Positions 21,697 through 32,829 of a DNA stretch of 64,000 nt are shown here, piece after piece. The first letter of the stretch is position 1, and every line of letters begins with the position of its first letter. The position numbers and the translations under genes are program-made. Under the pieces are notes generated by a model. The model saw only the letters and a list, made by a program, of their open reading frames with translations, was not told where the DNA came from and searched no databases. This stretch comes from an uncultured Planctomycetales bacterium (GTDB lineage Bacteria > Omnitrophota > Gorgyraeia > Gygaellales > Profunditerraquicolaceae), in assembly GCA_964427405.1 (NCBI GenBank), contig CAYRUB010000001.1, forward strand, positions 80,752-144,751. Direction: 5' to 3'.

Positions 21697-22987
21697 TTCC
21701 CCTTCCCACCCCTATATAAGTAAAACCCATTTCCTTAAGCAACTTAGGATCGTATATATTCCTGGCGTCAATAACCAACGGCCGCTTAAGTGTCTTTTTT
21801 AGCCTGATAAAATCCAATTCCTTGAATTCATTCCATTCTGTAGCCACAACAAGGCAATCGGCAGATTTAGCAGCCTGATAGAGATTGTCACAAAAAGTAA
21901 CATCTTTTAATAATTCCCTTGCCTTCCCCATTGCCTTGGGGTCATAAACCTTGACCTTTGAGCCCTCCTGTATTAATGCCTTAACTAAATCAATGCTGGG
22001 GGAATTCCTTAAATCATCAGTATTAGGCTTAAAAGCAAGGCCCAGGACCGCGATAGTCTTATCTTTTATAATCCACAGCTCGTCTTTAATCTTCTGCAAA
22101 ACAAATTTCTTCTGCTCTTCGTTGGTATTCCTTACTGCCTTAAGAATCTGAAAATCATAACCTAACTTTTCAGCGATATTTATAAAAGCCTCTAAATCCT
22201 TGGGAAAACATGAACCGCCATAACCTATTCCCGCGTGCAAAAAATTACGGCCAATACGGCTATCTAAACCCATACCCTGAGCCACTTCTTTTACATCCGC
22301 ACCCACCTTATCACAAATACGGGAAACCGCATTAATAAATGAAATCTTGGTAGCTAAAAAGGCATTTGAGGCGTGTTTAATAAGCTCAGCTGATTTTATA
22401 TTAGTAATAAGAATAGGCCGGTTCAAAGGCTGATACAAACTTGTCATTATCTGTCTTGCCTTTAGGCTCTCCACCCCTAATACAATCCGGTCAGGGTGAG
22501 TGAAATCATTTATTGCTGAGCCCTCCCTTAAGAACTCCGGGTTAGAAACTACATCAAATTTATGCCCCTTTTTAACATAAGTAGAGATTGTCTTCTTGAC
22601 CCAGGCGCATGTCTCAACCGGCACAGTAGATTTCTCGACAATCAAGCGGTAGCCGTCCATATTCTGCGCGATGCTGTGGGCGACATTCTCTATACCGGTT
22701 AAATCCGCCTCGCCGTTTTCAAGCGCGGGAGTCCCAACAGCGATAAAAATCACCTCGCTTACCTTTACGGCAGAACTGATGCTTGAGGTAAATTTAAGCC
22801 TTTTGTTCTTAAGATTAAGCCTGATCATCTCCTCTAAGCCCGGCTCGTAAATAGGCACTATCCCCTTTTTAAGATGGGATATTTTCTTAACGTCATTATC
22901 AGCGCAAATAACTTTATTGCCTAGCTCAGCAAAACAAGCCCCCGTAACTAAGCCCACATAACCTGAACCGATGATTGATATATTCAT
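21689..22987 (-). CDS. ugd: UDP-glucose 6-dehydrogenase
   Basis: MNISIIGSGYVGLVTGACFAELGNKV, GGSCFPKD. Confidence 0.8.
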   Translation of the reverse strand: MNISIIGSGYVGLVTGACFAELGNKVICADNDVKKISHLKKGIVPIYEPGLEEMIRLNLKNKRLKFTSSISSAVKVSEVIFIAVGTPALENGEADLTGIENVAHSIAQNMDGYRLIVEKSTVPVETCAWVKKTISTYVKKGHKFDVVSNPEFLREGSAINDFTHPDRIVLGVESLKARQIMTSLYQPLNRPILITNIKSAELIKHASNAFLATKISFINAVSRICDKVGADVKEVAQGMGLDSRIGRNFLHAGIGYGGSCFPKDLEAFINIAEKLGYDFQILKAVRNTNEEQKKFVLQKIKDELWIIKDKTIAVLGLAFKPNTDDLRNSPSIDLVKALIQEGSKVKVYDPKAMGKARELLKDVTFCDNLYQAAKSADCLVVATEWNEFKELDFIRLKKTLKRPLVIDARNIYDPKLLKEMGFTYIGVGRGNG

Positions 22988-23015
22988 TTATCCGCCTTTA
23001 TAGATTTTTATGATT

Positions 23016-25265
23016 TTACTGCGCTCCGGATTTCTTTTCACTCATGGATTGATCAAATCCGAATTCATTCTCGGGGAAAGCCTTAAGCCTGAAGGTAAAA
23101 AATATGGTTGTACCGGTATCCTCTTTTTTATTCAAAGTAATATCAAGATCCCAACAATGCAAATCCCTAGTAAAGGTATACTCCTGCTCTTGTGAGCCGC
23201 GATCAAGCGCAGATGTCTTTTTAAAGTTATAGCGCTGGTACATCTTAAATTTCCACTTAGGGGTCAAGCGCCAATTAAAACCAAGAGTAACCTCATTCTT
23301 TCCTTTTCTTTCATAGCGCTGTCCCATACTAAATGAACGCTCTTTACCTAAATCAAAAATCAAATCATAGCTGGCTAAAGAAAAATTATTGTAGTTTACA
23401 TTATCATGATCAGAATGTTCATAGGTAGCATCGGCTTCAAAACGAACCCAGGAATAAGGAAGCACCTTTAATTCAAAAAGTATATCTGAAAGCTGACTTT
23501 CCAGTTTTTTCCCGGTATTTCTAATAATACCATTATTATAGAATATAACTCCGTCTGAACCTGTATTAGAACCGGATTTAGGACTAATAACATAGTCCGT
23601 AGTAACCCTAAAATCCACAAAATCTACAACCTGGCCATTACGCTTAGTCTGCAATTTATTAGATAATCCCAGAGAAGCGGTATTACCGCGGGTAATAGAA
23701 TCAACGCTGTCAATTTGCCTTATGTTAATTCCCGGAATAGTAGGCACATGCGTATACAAATATCCAATACTGGGAGTAATAATATGACGTAATCCGTTGA
23801 TATCTAACCCGAGAAAATTAGTTTTAGCATTATAAATACGGTAAAACTTAGTGCTCATATCGGCGCCGCTGTAAAAAATGGTCCTGATAATCCCGCTTTG
23901 GCCGTTTGCGCCTTTATCATAAAAAGTCTGACGGCTGGAGACGAAGGGCTTAAATTGAATAAAGCCCACTTTCATAGGCAAAGAAACAGTGTTAGTAGTA
24001 TCAAGTCTAGTTGAGGTAACATCATCTGTAGTAACTGGATCTGTAGTGGCTTTTTTATTATAAGAACCGAACTGGCTTGAATCTTCAAAATATAACGGGC
24101 TTTCTCCTAATTGCAAACTCGGAAGATTATAATTTATCTCCGGCATCTTATCCAACTGGTCAAACCAATGATTAGTACGTTTCTGCAGAAGAATATCTAA
24201 ACTAGAATAATTAAAGGAGTGGTGGAAAAGAGCATAGCTTAACGGCTCGGTATCTTGTTCATATTCCCTGAAGAAATAATCCTGCAGAATGGTATGCGCG
24301 TTGGGATTAGCAGGAGTATTCTCATACTTCCATCTTTCATCGCTAATCTTATAGAACTCCGCCATAACATTAGTACGCTCATCAATATCCCACTTATGGC
24401 GCCAGCGCATAAAATAACGCTGAAACTCCGTTGGCGCTCCTGCCGGCTGGCTATCGGGTTTTTCATCAGCATAATAAAATTTAAAATCACCTTTGCCAAC
24501 CAAAGTCTTTACATAGTTCAACTCAAAACCCTCGCCCCAGCCTAATTTGCTGCGGTAATCAAGAAAAACTTTGGCATTCAGCTTATCTGTAAGATTATAA
24601 CGCCAGGCGCTCAAAAGATACGGGCCCCAATCCTTACGCGTACCAGGTTCAACCTGCACATGCATAATCGGCTCTTTCATTGAATAGTTAAATTGCGGAA
24701 GGTAAATAAGCGGCACAGATCCCAGATAAAGCGTAGTTTGTTTAGATTGCACTTTATCTCCGGGAAACATGCTTATTTTCTTCGAGGCTAAACGAAAATG
24801 CGGATGGTCAAAACTACAGGTAGTAAAATAACCCCCCTTAGCCACAAATTCTCCATCACTTAACTTTTCTACCTTTTTAGCTTTTCCAAAATAAGGATTG
24901 GCGCGAAAATCCGCGTTATAAATTATTCCGGTCTTATTCGCAAAATCATAAACTATTCTTTCTCCGGTAACCACTCCATTTTCATCTTCAAGCCGGGCAT
25001 TGCCTTCTGCCAAGCCCTCTTTTGACTGCATATTTACCTTCATCCTTTTACAGGTCAATTTTGAACCCTTGTAAATAACCTCAATATTGCCGGTAGCAAC
25101 AACCTCCTTGTTATCGGCAGAATACTCAACATTATCACCGTTAATAATTATAGGAGATTCCTTATTCTCCGCGGCGTATAACAAATTAACGCAAGCGGCA
25201 AAAATAAATACCAGCATAGCTACGCAGAATTTTATCTTATTGGAATTAAAGAGTCTGTTTGACAT
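23016..25265 (-). CDS. lptD: LPS-assembly outer-membrane protein LptD (OstA family)
   Basis: Signal peptide, N-terminal OstA/LptA-like beta-jellyroll (IINGDNVEY...ATGNIEV...), long C-terminal beta-barrel region; start moved to internal Met giving a signal peptide. Confidence 0.7.
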   Translation of the reverse strand: MSNRLFNSNKIKFCVAMLVFIFAACVNLLYAAENKESPIIINGDNVEYSADNKEVVATGNIEVIYKGSKLTCKRMKVNMQSKEGLAEGNARLEDENGVVTGERIVYDFANKTGIIYNADFRANPYFGKAKKVEKLSDGEFVAKGGYFTTCSFDHPHFRLASKKISMFPGDKVQSKQTTLYLGSVPLIYLPQFNYSMKEPIMHVQVEPGTRKDWGPYLLSAWRYNLTDKLNAKVFLDYRSKLGWGEGFELNYVKTLVGKGDFKFYYADEKPDSQPAGAPTEFQRYFMRWRHKWDIDERTNVMAEFYKISDERWKYENTPANPNAHTILQDYFFREYEQDTEPLSYALFHHSFNYSSLDILLQKRTNHWFDQLDKMPEINYNLPSLQLGESPLYFEDSSQFGSYNKKATTDPVTTDDVTSTRLDTTNTVSLPMKVGFIQFKPFVSSRQTFYDKGANGQSGIIRTIFYSGADMSTKFYRIYNAKTNFLGLDINGLRHIITPSIGYLYTHVPTIPGINIRQIDSVDSITRGNTASLGLSNKLQTKRNGQVVDFVDFRVTTDYVISPKSGSNTGSDGVIFYNNGIIRNTGKKLESQLSDILFELKVLPYSWVRFEADATYEHSDHDNVNYNNFSLASYDLIFDLGKERSFSMGQRYERKGKNEVTLGFNWRLTPKWKFKMYQRYNFKKTSALDRGSQEQEYTFTRDLHCWDLDITLNKKEDTGTTIFFTFRLKAFPENEFGFDQSMSEKKSGAQ

Positions 25266-25914
25266 TATTAGCTTGGGGAATTTTTTTATAATCTTCCAGG
25301 AACCTGTTGATACCAATATCAGTCAAGGGATGCTTGATTAACTGCTCAATCACTGAAAAAGGTATTGTGGCGATATCCGCTCCGATTAAAGCAGCATTAA
25401 CCACATGCATTGGGTTACGCACAGAGGCAACAATAATCTGGGTTTTAAAACCGTAATTTTCATATATCTTTTTTATATCCCTTATTAAATCAATTCCCTC
25501 CTGGGCAATATCATCAAGCCTGCCGATAAAAGGCGAAACATAAGTTGCTCCTGCCTTAGCTGCAAGTAATGCCTGAGTGGGTGAAAAACAAAGCGTAACA
25601 TTAGTTTTAATCCCTTCCGCAGACAGGATCTTTACTGCCCTTAGCCCTTCTTTTGTAAGAGGAACCTTAACTACGATATTCTTGGCCAGCTTGACCAATT
25701 CATGAGCTTCGCCAACCATCCCGGAAGATTCAAGGCTGATCACTTCAGCGCTAACCGGGCCGCTAACTAACGCGCATATCTCTTTTAATACCTGTTCAGG
25801 ATTACGTGCCTCCCTGGCCATAAGCGTAGGGTTAGTAGTTACTCCATCGATGAGGCCAAGACTAGCCGCTTCTTTGATTTCTTTAATACTTGCCGTATCA
25901 ATAAAAATTTTCAT
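25246..25914 (-). CDS. tal: Transaldolase / fructose-6-phosphate aldolase (short form)
   Basis: [31 protein letters not shown], Schiff-base Lys region. Confidence 0.85.
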   Translation of the reverse strand: MKIFIDTASIKEIKEAASLGLIDGVTTNPTLMAREARNPEQVLKEICALVSGPVSAEVISLESSGMVGEAHELVKLAKNIVVKVPLTKEGLRAVKILSAEGIKTNVTLCFSPTQALLAAKAGATYVSPFIGRLDDIAQEGIDLIRDIKKIYENYGFKTQIIVASVRNPMHVVNAALIGADIATIPFSVIEQLIKHPLTDIGINRFLEDYKKIPQANNVKQTL

Positions 25915-26837
25915 TTTGCCGACCTCTCCCTGACTAAATATCCTGCCCCGATTATTCCGGCATCATTGCCTAGTTTAGCTTTAAATATTTTTACCCGTCT
26001 CGCCTGCACGCTCATTGCGCGTGCTGAAATAGTTCTCTTGACACTTTTAAACAATACCTTACCAGCGCAAGATATCCCGCCGCCAATTACAATTGCATCA
26101 AGATTAAGCAGGTTCACAACCCCACTTAAAGCTAAGCCTGCTTTTTCACCAACCCCATCCCAGAATCTTACCGCTTTGGTATTATTAGCCTGCGCCAATT
26201 GGCTTATCTTTTCAAGGGTAATCTTAGAGCCGAATAATTTACGCGCATCTTTAATAATTCTGGCATTACCAACATATGCCTCAAGACAAGCCTCGGAACC
26301 GCAACCGCAAACAGGCCCGTGCTCATTAAGGGGAATATGCCCGACTTCACCGGCGGCATTATCAACCCCCCGGTAAAGAGTATTATTAATAATCAGGCCT
26401 CCGCCTACTCCCGTACCTAAGGTCAGACATAAAACATTATTATAACCTTTTGCCGAACCGGTTTTATGCTCTGCCAAAGCCATCAGCTTAACGTCATTAT
26501 CAATAAAAACCGGAAGATTAGTTTCTTGCTCCAGGATCTTTTTTAAGCCCACTTCTCTCCATCCCGGTATATTCGGCAGGAAATGCACTACTCCCCTAAA
26601 AGTATCTACCGGCCCAGGTAAACCAATACCTACGCCTAAAATAGAACTTTTGCTTAAATTTAGCTTTAGGATAAAACTGTTTATGGAATTAATTATTCCG
26701 TCAATAAGTTTTTGTTTATTGTTAAAACTCTTTGTGCTGAATAAGCTTTTGGCTTTAATTTTCAGGCTGCTGTTAAGTAAGGCACATTTTAAATTAGTGC
26801 CCCCTAAATCTATAGCAATAATAAAATGTTTGGCCAT
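25911..26837 (-). CDS. ROK-family glucokinase
   Basis: [14 protein letters not shown]; ROK Zn motif [10 protein letters not shown]. Confidence 0.75.
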   Translation of the reverse strand: MAKHFIIAIDLGGTNLKCALLNSSLKIKAKSLFSTKSFNNKQKLIDGIINSINSFILKLNLSKSSILGVGIGLPGPVDTFRGVVHFLPNIPGWREVGLKKILEQETNLPVFIDNDVKLMALAEHKTGSAKGYNNVLCLTLGTGVGGGLIINNTLYRGVDNAAGEVGHIPLNEHGPVCGCGSEACLEAYVGNARIIKDARKLFGSKITLEKISQLAQANNTKAVRFWDGVGEKAGLALSGVVNLLNLDAIVIGGGISCAGKVLFKSVKRTISARAMSVQARRVKIFKAKLGNDAGIIGAGYLVRERSAK

Positions 26838-26887
26838 GGGTGGTATTCTATATTAAAAATCATAATTTTTCAAGGGGTAAGTTCGTG

Positions 26888-27883
26888 TTAGGCAGGGCAG
26901 AAACAAACCTTATTCTTTCCGGTTTCCTTAGCCAAATATAATGCCTGATCCGCCATTTCAATTAAATCCCGCATATGATCGGTATTGTCCGGGAAGGTAG
27001 AAACACCGATGCTCACAGTCACCCTCAATTCTTCATCATAAGCCTTAATTACCGATGCCTCGATTGCCTGCCGTATACGTTCCGCAGCAAAAGAGGCCTG
27101 CTCCTTATCGGTTTCAGCCAAAACTATAGCAAGCTCCTCCCCGCCATAGCGGCCGATAAAATCAATCTGCCTGACCATATCGCATATAGTCTTAGAAACC
27201 TGCCGCAGTATGGCATCTCCTACCAGATGCCCGTAACGATCATTGAATTGTTTAAAATTATCCAAATCGATCATAAGAAAACAAAGGCACAGCTTATTTT
27301 TCCTGGAACGCTTAAGTTCTTCACTAAAACGCTCAAGAAAATACCTTCGGCAATAAACCTGGGTAAGCGCATCAGTAATGGCCATCTCCTGAACCTTTTG
27401 GTAAAGGTGCGCCCTTCTAAGGCCGATTAAAAGCTGCTGAGTAAGGATCCCAAACTTCTCCTTGTCCGTGTCAGAAAGACCATCCACCGCAACATATCCG
27501 GCAGCCTGATTCTCCTCGGTATTTAAAGGAAGTACTGTGTAATCTTTATATTTAATCAATTCCACGCTATCTTTAATATACTGAAAACCTCTAAAATTGA
27601 TATGTTTTCTCAGGTTATCACGGAAAATAGCAAATATTTTTTCCTCATCCAACCCCTTGCAGATATCCTTAGTCAATTCATAAAGCGCCAGAGTCTCTAT
27701 AAAGATTTTATTGAGCCTGGCATTCTCTGAATCCAAGACCTGTTTGCCTTCTTTTAGAATATTAAGCTGATTAAGCAAACCGGCGCTTTTCGCTTCCCTG
27801 CGCTTAAGACGGCCGGATAAAACATCATATAAAAATACGGCCCAGCTGATTGTCAGGATTAAAAATAATATTATATATAACAT
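26888..27883 (-). CDS. Membrane-anchored GGDEF-domain diguanylate cyclase (GGEEL variant)
   Basis: N-terminal TM helix; DALTQVYCRRYF...GRYGGEELAIVL. Confidence 0.8.
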   Translation of the reverse strand: MLYIILFLILTISWAVFLYDVLSGRLKRREAKSAGLLNQLNILKEGKQVLDSENARLNKIFIETLALYELTKDICKGLDEEKIFAIFRDNLRKHINFRGFQYIKDSVELIKYKDYTVLPLNTEENQAAGYVAVDGLSDTDKEKFGILTQQLLIGLRRAHLYQKVQEMAITDALTQVYCRRYFLERFSEELKRSRKNKLCLCFLMIDLDNFKQFNDRYGHLVGDAILRQVSKTICDMVRQIDFIGRYGGEELAIVLAETDKEQASFAAERIRQAIEASVIKAYDEELRVTVSIGVSTFPDNTDHMRDLIEMADQALYLAKETGKNKVCFCPA

Positions 27884-29154
27884 ACCCTGTTTCTTCCCTT
27901 TCGCTTGGCGTCATACATAGATTTATCCGCTTTCTGAATCAACTCATCCTCATCCTTTGTATCAAGCGGCAGACAGGCCAGGCCGATAGAAACCGTGATA
28001 GAGGTATCTTGGCGGCGCAACAATATCTTCTCTCTTTCAATCCTCTGGCGCAGCTCCTCTGCGACTGCTAATGCTCTTTGCTTATCTATCTCCGGCAACA
28101 TGACCAGAAATTCCTCGCCCCCAAACCGGCATAATAGAGGGCTAAGATCACTTAAGCTGTCTTTTAATAAAGAGCTGACCTTCTTTAAAACAATATCCCC
28201 GGCGGTATGGCCGAATTTATCATTATACTGTTTAAAAAAATCAATATCGATCATCATTAATGCCAGGCGCTGGTCAAGACGCTGGCAACGCTTAGCTTCA
28301 TCTTTTAACCTGCCGATAAAATACTGCTTTGTATAAAGCCCGGTCAAATCATCGTGAATAGCCAAATCCTGGGTTTTCTGAAAAAGCAAACTGTTTTCCA
28401 GGGCTACCGCGCCAAGGCCTGAAACCAGAGAAAGAAAACGTAAATCATCCTGATTAAAAGAACCCCGCTTATCGCTCTCAAGGCGCAACAAGCCAAGCAG
28501 GGAATGATGGCTAATCAGAGGGGAACTAATCAACGATAAAACCGGACGCATCTCCTGACTGCGCACGGTATCCAAATCAAAACGGAAATCATTTTTTAAG
28601 TCTTCAATGATAAGCTCCCGGGAATGCCTTAATACCCAATAGTCAAAGATATCGCCTTCTTTGGAAAGAATGACCAACTGACTGTCCTCTTTTATGGAAT
28701 GTATGAGATTTAATTTTTGGCTATGATTATCCAGTAGATAGAAAAGCGCGGATCCGCAGGAATTTGAAATTAAAGAGTAAACCGTGGAACTTAATACGTT
28801 AACAACGACATCCAGCCTTAAGCTGCGGTTGAGCTCCTCGATAACCTTTTTAAGGTTATCGTAACGGGTGATCCTAAATTTAAGCGCAGCGCCAAACTCT
28901 TGGGCTTTTGCATTCTCAACATTAATAATATTTATCTGCTCTTTGATATTCTCAACCTGGGATTCAACTAAAGAATTCTTATTAGAGAATAACCGCAGTA
29001 GATAGAAGAAACCAATAATATTGATTAATATAAAAATAAAAAAGATGGCTGGGTTAACTTTTTGATGAAAAAGCAGGAAATTAATTACTACGCAGATAAC
29101 GCAGGCAAACGATAGGAATAGACAGATCTTTTTCCGGGAGATTTTCTGCTGCAT
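27871..29154 (-). CDS. Membrane-anchored GAF-GGDEF diguanylate cyclase (GGEEF)
   Basis: Two N-terminal TM helices, GAF-like middle, DDLTGLYTKQYF...CRFGGEEFLVML; 13-nt overlap with downstream DGC. Confidence 0.8.
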   Translation of the reverse strand: MQQKISRKKICLFLSFACVICVVINFLLFHQKVNPAIFFIFILINIIGFFYLLRLFSNKNSLVESQVENIKEQINIINVENAKAQEFGAALKFRITRYDNLKKVIEELNRSLRLDVVVNVLSSTVYSLISNSCGSALFYLLDNHSQKLNLIHSIKEDSQLVILSKEGDIFDYWVLRHSRELIIEDLKNDFRFDLDTVRSQEMRPVLSLISSPLISHHSLLGLLRLESDKRGSFNQDDLRFLSLVSGLGAVALENSLLFQKTQDLAIHDDLTGLYTKQYFIGRLKDEAKRCQRLDQRLALMMIDIDFFKQYNDKFGHTAGDIVLKKVSSLLKDSLSDLSPLLCRFGGEEFLVMLPEIDKQRALAVAEELRQRIEREKILLRRQDTSITVSIGLACLPLDTKDEDELIQKADKSMYDAKRKGRNRVCYI

Positions 29155-29185
29155 ATAACTTTCTAACTAAACCAGGGCTTAAAAC

Positions 29186-30289
29186 TTAAACGATAGTCTC
29201 TTCGGTGTTTTTGTCGAAGAAGTGAACCTTGCTCATATCAAAGACTACGTCCATCTCCTGGTTGACCTTCGGCCGGTCATGCGCGCCGACGCGGGCAATA
29301 AAGGTATGCCTGCCCGTATTAAGGTAAAGATAAACCTCCGACCCCATGGGTTCGAATACTTCACAGTTTACCCTGACGATATTCTCCGGAGGGGCCTCGG
29401 AAACAAATAATTTATCATATACATCCTCGGAACGAATACCAAAAAGTATCTCGCTGCCGACATAGCTGGCCATCTTCTTATACATATCCTCAACCAGCTT
29501 AACCTGGATTTTACCTTCATCAAAATATATCCTTCCCTCTTTTTTAATAATCCTTCCCTGCATAATATTCATCGGCGGGCTGCCTATGAAACTGGCAACA
29601 AATTTATTTTTCGGATGGTCATAAACATCAATAGGATCATCCAATTGATGCAAAATACCGTCTTTCATTACCGCGATACGGTCACCCATAGTCATAGCTT
29701 CAACCTGATCATGAGTTACATATATAATCGTGGTCTGCAGTCTTATGTGCAATTTATGAATTTCAGTACGCATCTGTACGCGCATCTTGGCGTCAAGATT
29801 ACTCAAGGGTTCATCAAATAAAAAAACCATGGGCTTACGCACAATAGCCCTTCCCACCGCCACGCGCTGGCGTTCTCCTCCGGAAAGTTCACGCGGCTTA
29901 CGATTCAACAGCCGCTTAATCCCCAAAATATCCGCAGCCTCACTGACCCTCTGGATAATCTCCTGTTTAGGAATATGCCTGAGCCGCAGGCCAAATGACA
30001 TATTCTCAAAAACAGTCATATGCGGATAAAGCGCGTAATTCTGGAAAACCATAGCGATATCCCGGTCTTTAGCCGGTACATCATTGACCCGCTTATTGCC
30101 TATAAAAATATCTCCCGAGCTTATTTCTTCAAGACCGGCGATCATCCTTAAGGTAGTGGATTTGCCGCAGCCCGAAGGGCCTACCATGACCATAAACTCT
30201 TTATTCTCAATACCTAAGTTTATCTTATTAACCGCCATGACATTACCCGGGAAAACCTTACAAACATTCTTTAAACTTACCTGTGCCAT
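29186..30289 (-). CDS. ABC transporter ATP-binding protein, MalK/UgpC sugar-importer type
   Basis: Walker A GPSGCGKST, signature LSGGERQRVAVGRA, C-terminal TOBE-like domain; no permease gene nearby. Confidence 0.8.
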   Translation of the reverse strand: MAQVSLKNVCKVFPGNVMAVNKINLGIENKEFMVMVGPSGCGKSTTLRMIAGLEEISSGDIFIGNKRVNDVPAKDRDIAMVFQNYALYPHMTVFENMSFGLRLRHIPKQEIIQRVSEAADILGIKRLLNRKPRELSGGERQRVAVGRAIVRKPMVFLFDEPLSNLDAKMRVQMRTEIHKLHIRLQTTIIYVTHDQVEAMTMGDRIAVMKDGILHQLDDPIDVYDHPKNKFVASFIGSPPMNIMQGRIIKKEGRIYFDEGKIQVKLVEDMYKKMASYVGSEILFGIRSEDVYDKLFVSEAPPENIVRVNCEVFEPMGSEVYLYLNTGRHTFIARVGAHDRPKVNQEMDVVFDMSKVHFFDKNTEETIV

Positions 30290-30305
30290 TTATTTACACT
30301 CCTTT

Positions 30306-31145
30306 TTAACTAAAATAATCAAGCAGCTGACTAATATTATGCTTCATATTTTTACGATGTACGATCATATCAATAAGCCCATGGTCTAATAAAAACTCCG
30401 AACGCTGAAAACCAATAGGCAACTTTTGCCTTATAGTCTGCTCAATAACCCGCGGACCGGTAAAACCAATCAAGGCATTAGGTTCAGCCATAATTATATC
30501 TCCAACTCCGGCAAACGAAGCCATGATCCCGGCCATAGTGGGATTAGTGAGCACGGATATGTACAACAACCTTGCTTTATGGTGATAAGATAAGGCGGCG
30601 CAGGTTTTAGCCATCTGCATAAGGCTATACATCCCTTCATACATACGCGCCCCGCCTCCGGAACCAGAAACGATAACCATGGGAAGTTTATTTTTAGTGG
30701 CATATTCAATAGCCCGGGTTATTTTCTCCCCGACTACCGAGCCCATAGACCCCATAATAAAACGCGAATCAGTTACAGCAATAATTGCCTGTTTGCCGTC
30801 AATCTTTCCTTCACCGGAGATAACCGCATCCTTTAACCCCGTTGATTCCTGATCCTGCTTCAATTTCTCTTTATAGGTCTTTGGTCCTTTAAAATCAAGC
30901 GGGTCAACCGCGAACATATCTTTATCAAACTCGGAAAAAGTATCCTTATCAAATAATATATTCATCCTCTCGTAAGCAGTCAGCCCAAAGTGATAGTTGC
31001 ATTTCGGACAAACCTTAAGATTCTCTTCCAAAGTCTTATTGTAAAGCGTCTCTAAACACCCCTCACATTTTGTCCATAAGCCATCCGGCATCTCTTTCTT
31101 CTTTACGCGCACTATTGTATATTTTGGTTTACCGAATAAGGCCAT
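30306..31145 (-). CDS. accD: Acetyl-CoA carboxylase carboxyltransferase beta subunit
   Basis: N-terminal zinc ribbon CEGCLETL...CPKCNYH, CT domain. Confidence 0.9.
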   Translation of the reverse strand: MALFGKPKYTIVRVKKKEMPDGLWTKCEGCLETLYNKTLEENLKVCPKCNYHFGLTAYERMNILFDKDTFSEFDKDMFAVDPLDFKGPKTYKEKLKQDQESTGLKDAVISGEGKIDGKQAIIAVTDSRFIMGSMGSVVGEKITRAIEYATKNKLPMVIVSGSGGGARMYEGMYSLMQMAKTCAALSYHHKARLLYISVLTNPTMAGIMASFAGVGDIIMAEPNALIGFTGPRVIEQTIRQKLPIGFQRSEFLLDHGLIDMIVHRKNMKHNISQLLDYFS

Positions 31146-31161
31146 ATTAATTTAATAATAG

Positions 31162-32457
31162 TTAGCTATTGCCGTCCTCTAATTTATTAATTACTAATCC
31201 TGAAAGCACCTTGGGGTAAAAATAGGTAGATTTGGGAGGCATCTTGCTGCCGCCTAAAGCCACTTCAATAATCTGGCCTATTTTAACCGGATTCAAGAAA
31301 AACGCTATCTTTAAGGGATCCGCGTCAACCTCTTTAATAAACTCCTCAGGATCAGGATCATATCTTACGCTAGGCAGATTTTCCAAATCAAAATCTAAAA
31401 TATTCTTTAATACAAGATAGTTAAGGATAGCAACATCAAGCGTCCTATATTCTTTAGGTTTATCAGCGATTAACTTATCCAGGGTCTTTATATTTTTCAG
31501 GCGTAAAAGAAAATACTTTTTATCTTTATATACCCCTAAAAGATGCTCGGTGCATCCGGCTTTTTCCATAAGAAAGAAAAAACGGACCTTGTCTTTAATC
31601 TGATCCACATCAAAATACTCCTTAGCCTTTAAAATAAAATCCGCCAGGTCTAATTCAGTATTTAATTTAAATAAACGGTGAATAGGAGAAATTGACAGGC
31701 CCCGGGAATCCGTATTGGTAAAATATGACAGGCAGTAATTAAAGTCTTCTTCTCCGGTAAATTGCGCGCCTAATTTTTCACGCATAAGATCACGGTAAGC
31801 ACAAGAGACCTCATAGCGATGGTGGCCGTCAGCGATAAACATATTCTCATTGCTCATACTGGTTTCAATCATTTCCAATACCAGCGGATCATCCAAACGC
31901 CATAGTTTATGCAGCGTTTTCTCGTCATCAACAACTTCAATGAATGTCTTTTCAGCAGAGATATATTTTTGGAATATCCGTTGGATAATTCTTTTTTTAT
32001 CCAGGAAAATAACAAAGATCGGACTAAGATTAGCTTTTACCTGTTTGAGCAGTTTAAAACGGTCCTGCTTGGCTTCCGCATGCGTATTTTCATGGCCAAA
32101 AACAGCTGATCCCTTTTCATCTCCAAGCTTAAGCAAAGAAATAAATCCTAAACGGGTTTTTTTCTCACCCCTGATCACATACTGCTGGCTATAAAAGTAA
32201 ATCGCCGGCCGGCCGTCTTGGATAAGCACCTTATCTTTAAGCCAATCCCGGAATATTACACCTGCCCTGCGGTATCTATCATCAGGGGCTGCGTCCCTGG
32301 CTAAAAGTATATGAATAAAATTATAAACGGAGCGTTCACGGTAGGTTTCTTGAGCAAGCGGAGAAATTACATCATACGGCGGGCAAACAACCTGATTAGA
32401 ATCTTTTACCTTCTCTGGATTATAAACTACTGCTTTAAAAGCTTTTATCTTGGTCAT
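31162..32457 (-). CDS. DUF1015-family conserved protein of unknown function
   Basis: N-terminus MTKIKAFKAVVYNPEKV and ~430 aa size typical of DUF1015. Confidence 0.55.
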   Translation of the reverse strand: MTKIKAFKAVVYNPEKVKDSNQVVCPPYDVISPLAQETYRERSVYNFIHILLARDAAPDDRYRRAGVIFRDWLKDKVLIQDGRPAIYFYSQQYVIRGEKKTRLGFISLLKLGDEKGSAVFGHENTHAEAKQDRFKLLKQVKANLSPIFVIFLDKKRIIQRIFQKYISAEKTFIEVVDDEKTLHKLWRLDDPLVLEMIETSMSNENMFIADGHHRYEVSCAYRDLMREKLGAQFTGEEDFNYCLSYFTNTDSRGLSISPIHRLFKLNTELDLADFILKAKEYFDVDQIKDKVRFFFLMEKAGCTEHLLGVYKDKKYFLLRLKNIKTLDKLIADKPKEYRTLDVAILNYLVLKNILDFDLENLPSVRYDPDPEEFIKEVDADPLKIAFFLNPVKIGQIIEVALGGSKMPPKSTYFYPKVLSGLVINKLEDGNS

Positions 32458-32555
32458 TAAATGCGCGATAGCTAAAAAACCAACTTAATAACGTGAAGTT
32501 AATTTTACCATATAAAATAATAAAAACAATAATTTTAAAGCTTTTTTATCTTCCT

Positions 32556-32816
32556 TTAGTGGCCGGGGCAACCGGAGCAGCCTTGCTTAGCTTTAGGACA
32601 AGAGACAGCATTAGTATTTTCTGTAGGCTTACTTGCTTTTTTGTAATCAGTAGCATAAAAACCTGGCCCCTTAAAGATAAACCCTCCCGTACTGCTGATT
32701 AACTTCCTGACCTTCTTTGAACATTTAGGGCACTTAGTTATCGGTTTTGCTTTTATGCTCTGCAAAACTTCAAATTTATGTTTGCAAGACAAACACTCGT
32801 ATTCATATGTAGGCAT
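32556..32816 (-). CDS. FmdB-family zinc-ribbon protein
   Basis: MPTYEYECLSCKHKFEV...CPKCS... diagnostic FmdB N-terminus; start trimmed from TTG-initiated track ORF to internal ATG. Confidence 0.55.
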   Translation of the reverse strand: MPTYEYECLSCKHKFEVLQSIKAKPITKCPKCSKKVRKLISSTGGFIFKGPGFYATDYKKASKPTENTNAVSCPKAKQGCSGCPGH

Positions 32817-32829
32817 ATTTTCCCCTCTT

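Noticed and set aside
26975-27430. 151-aa plus-strand ORF antisense to the GGDEF gene
   Set aside because: Embedded antisense ORF with no independent signals.
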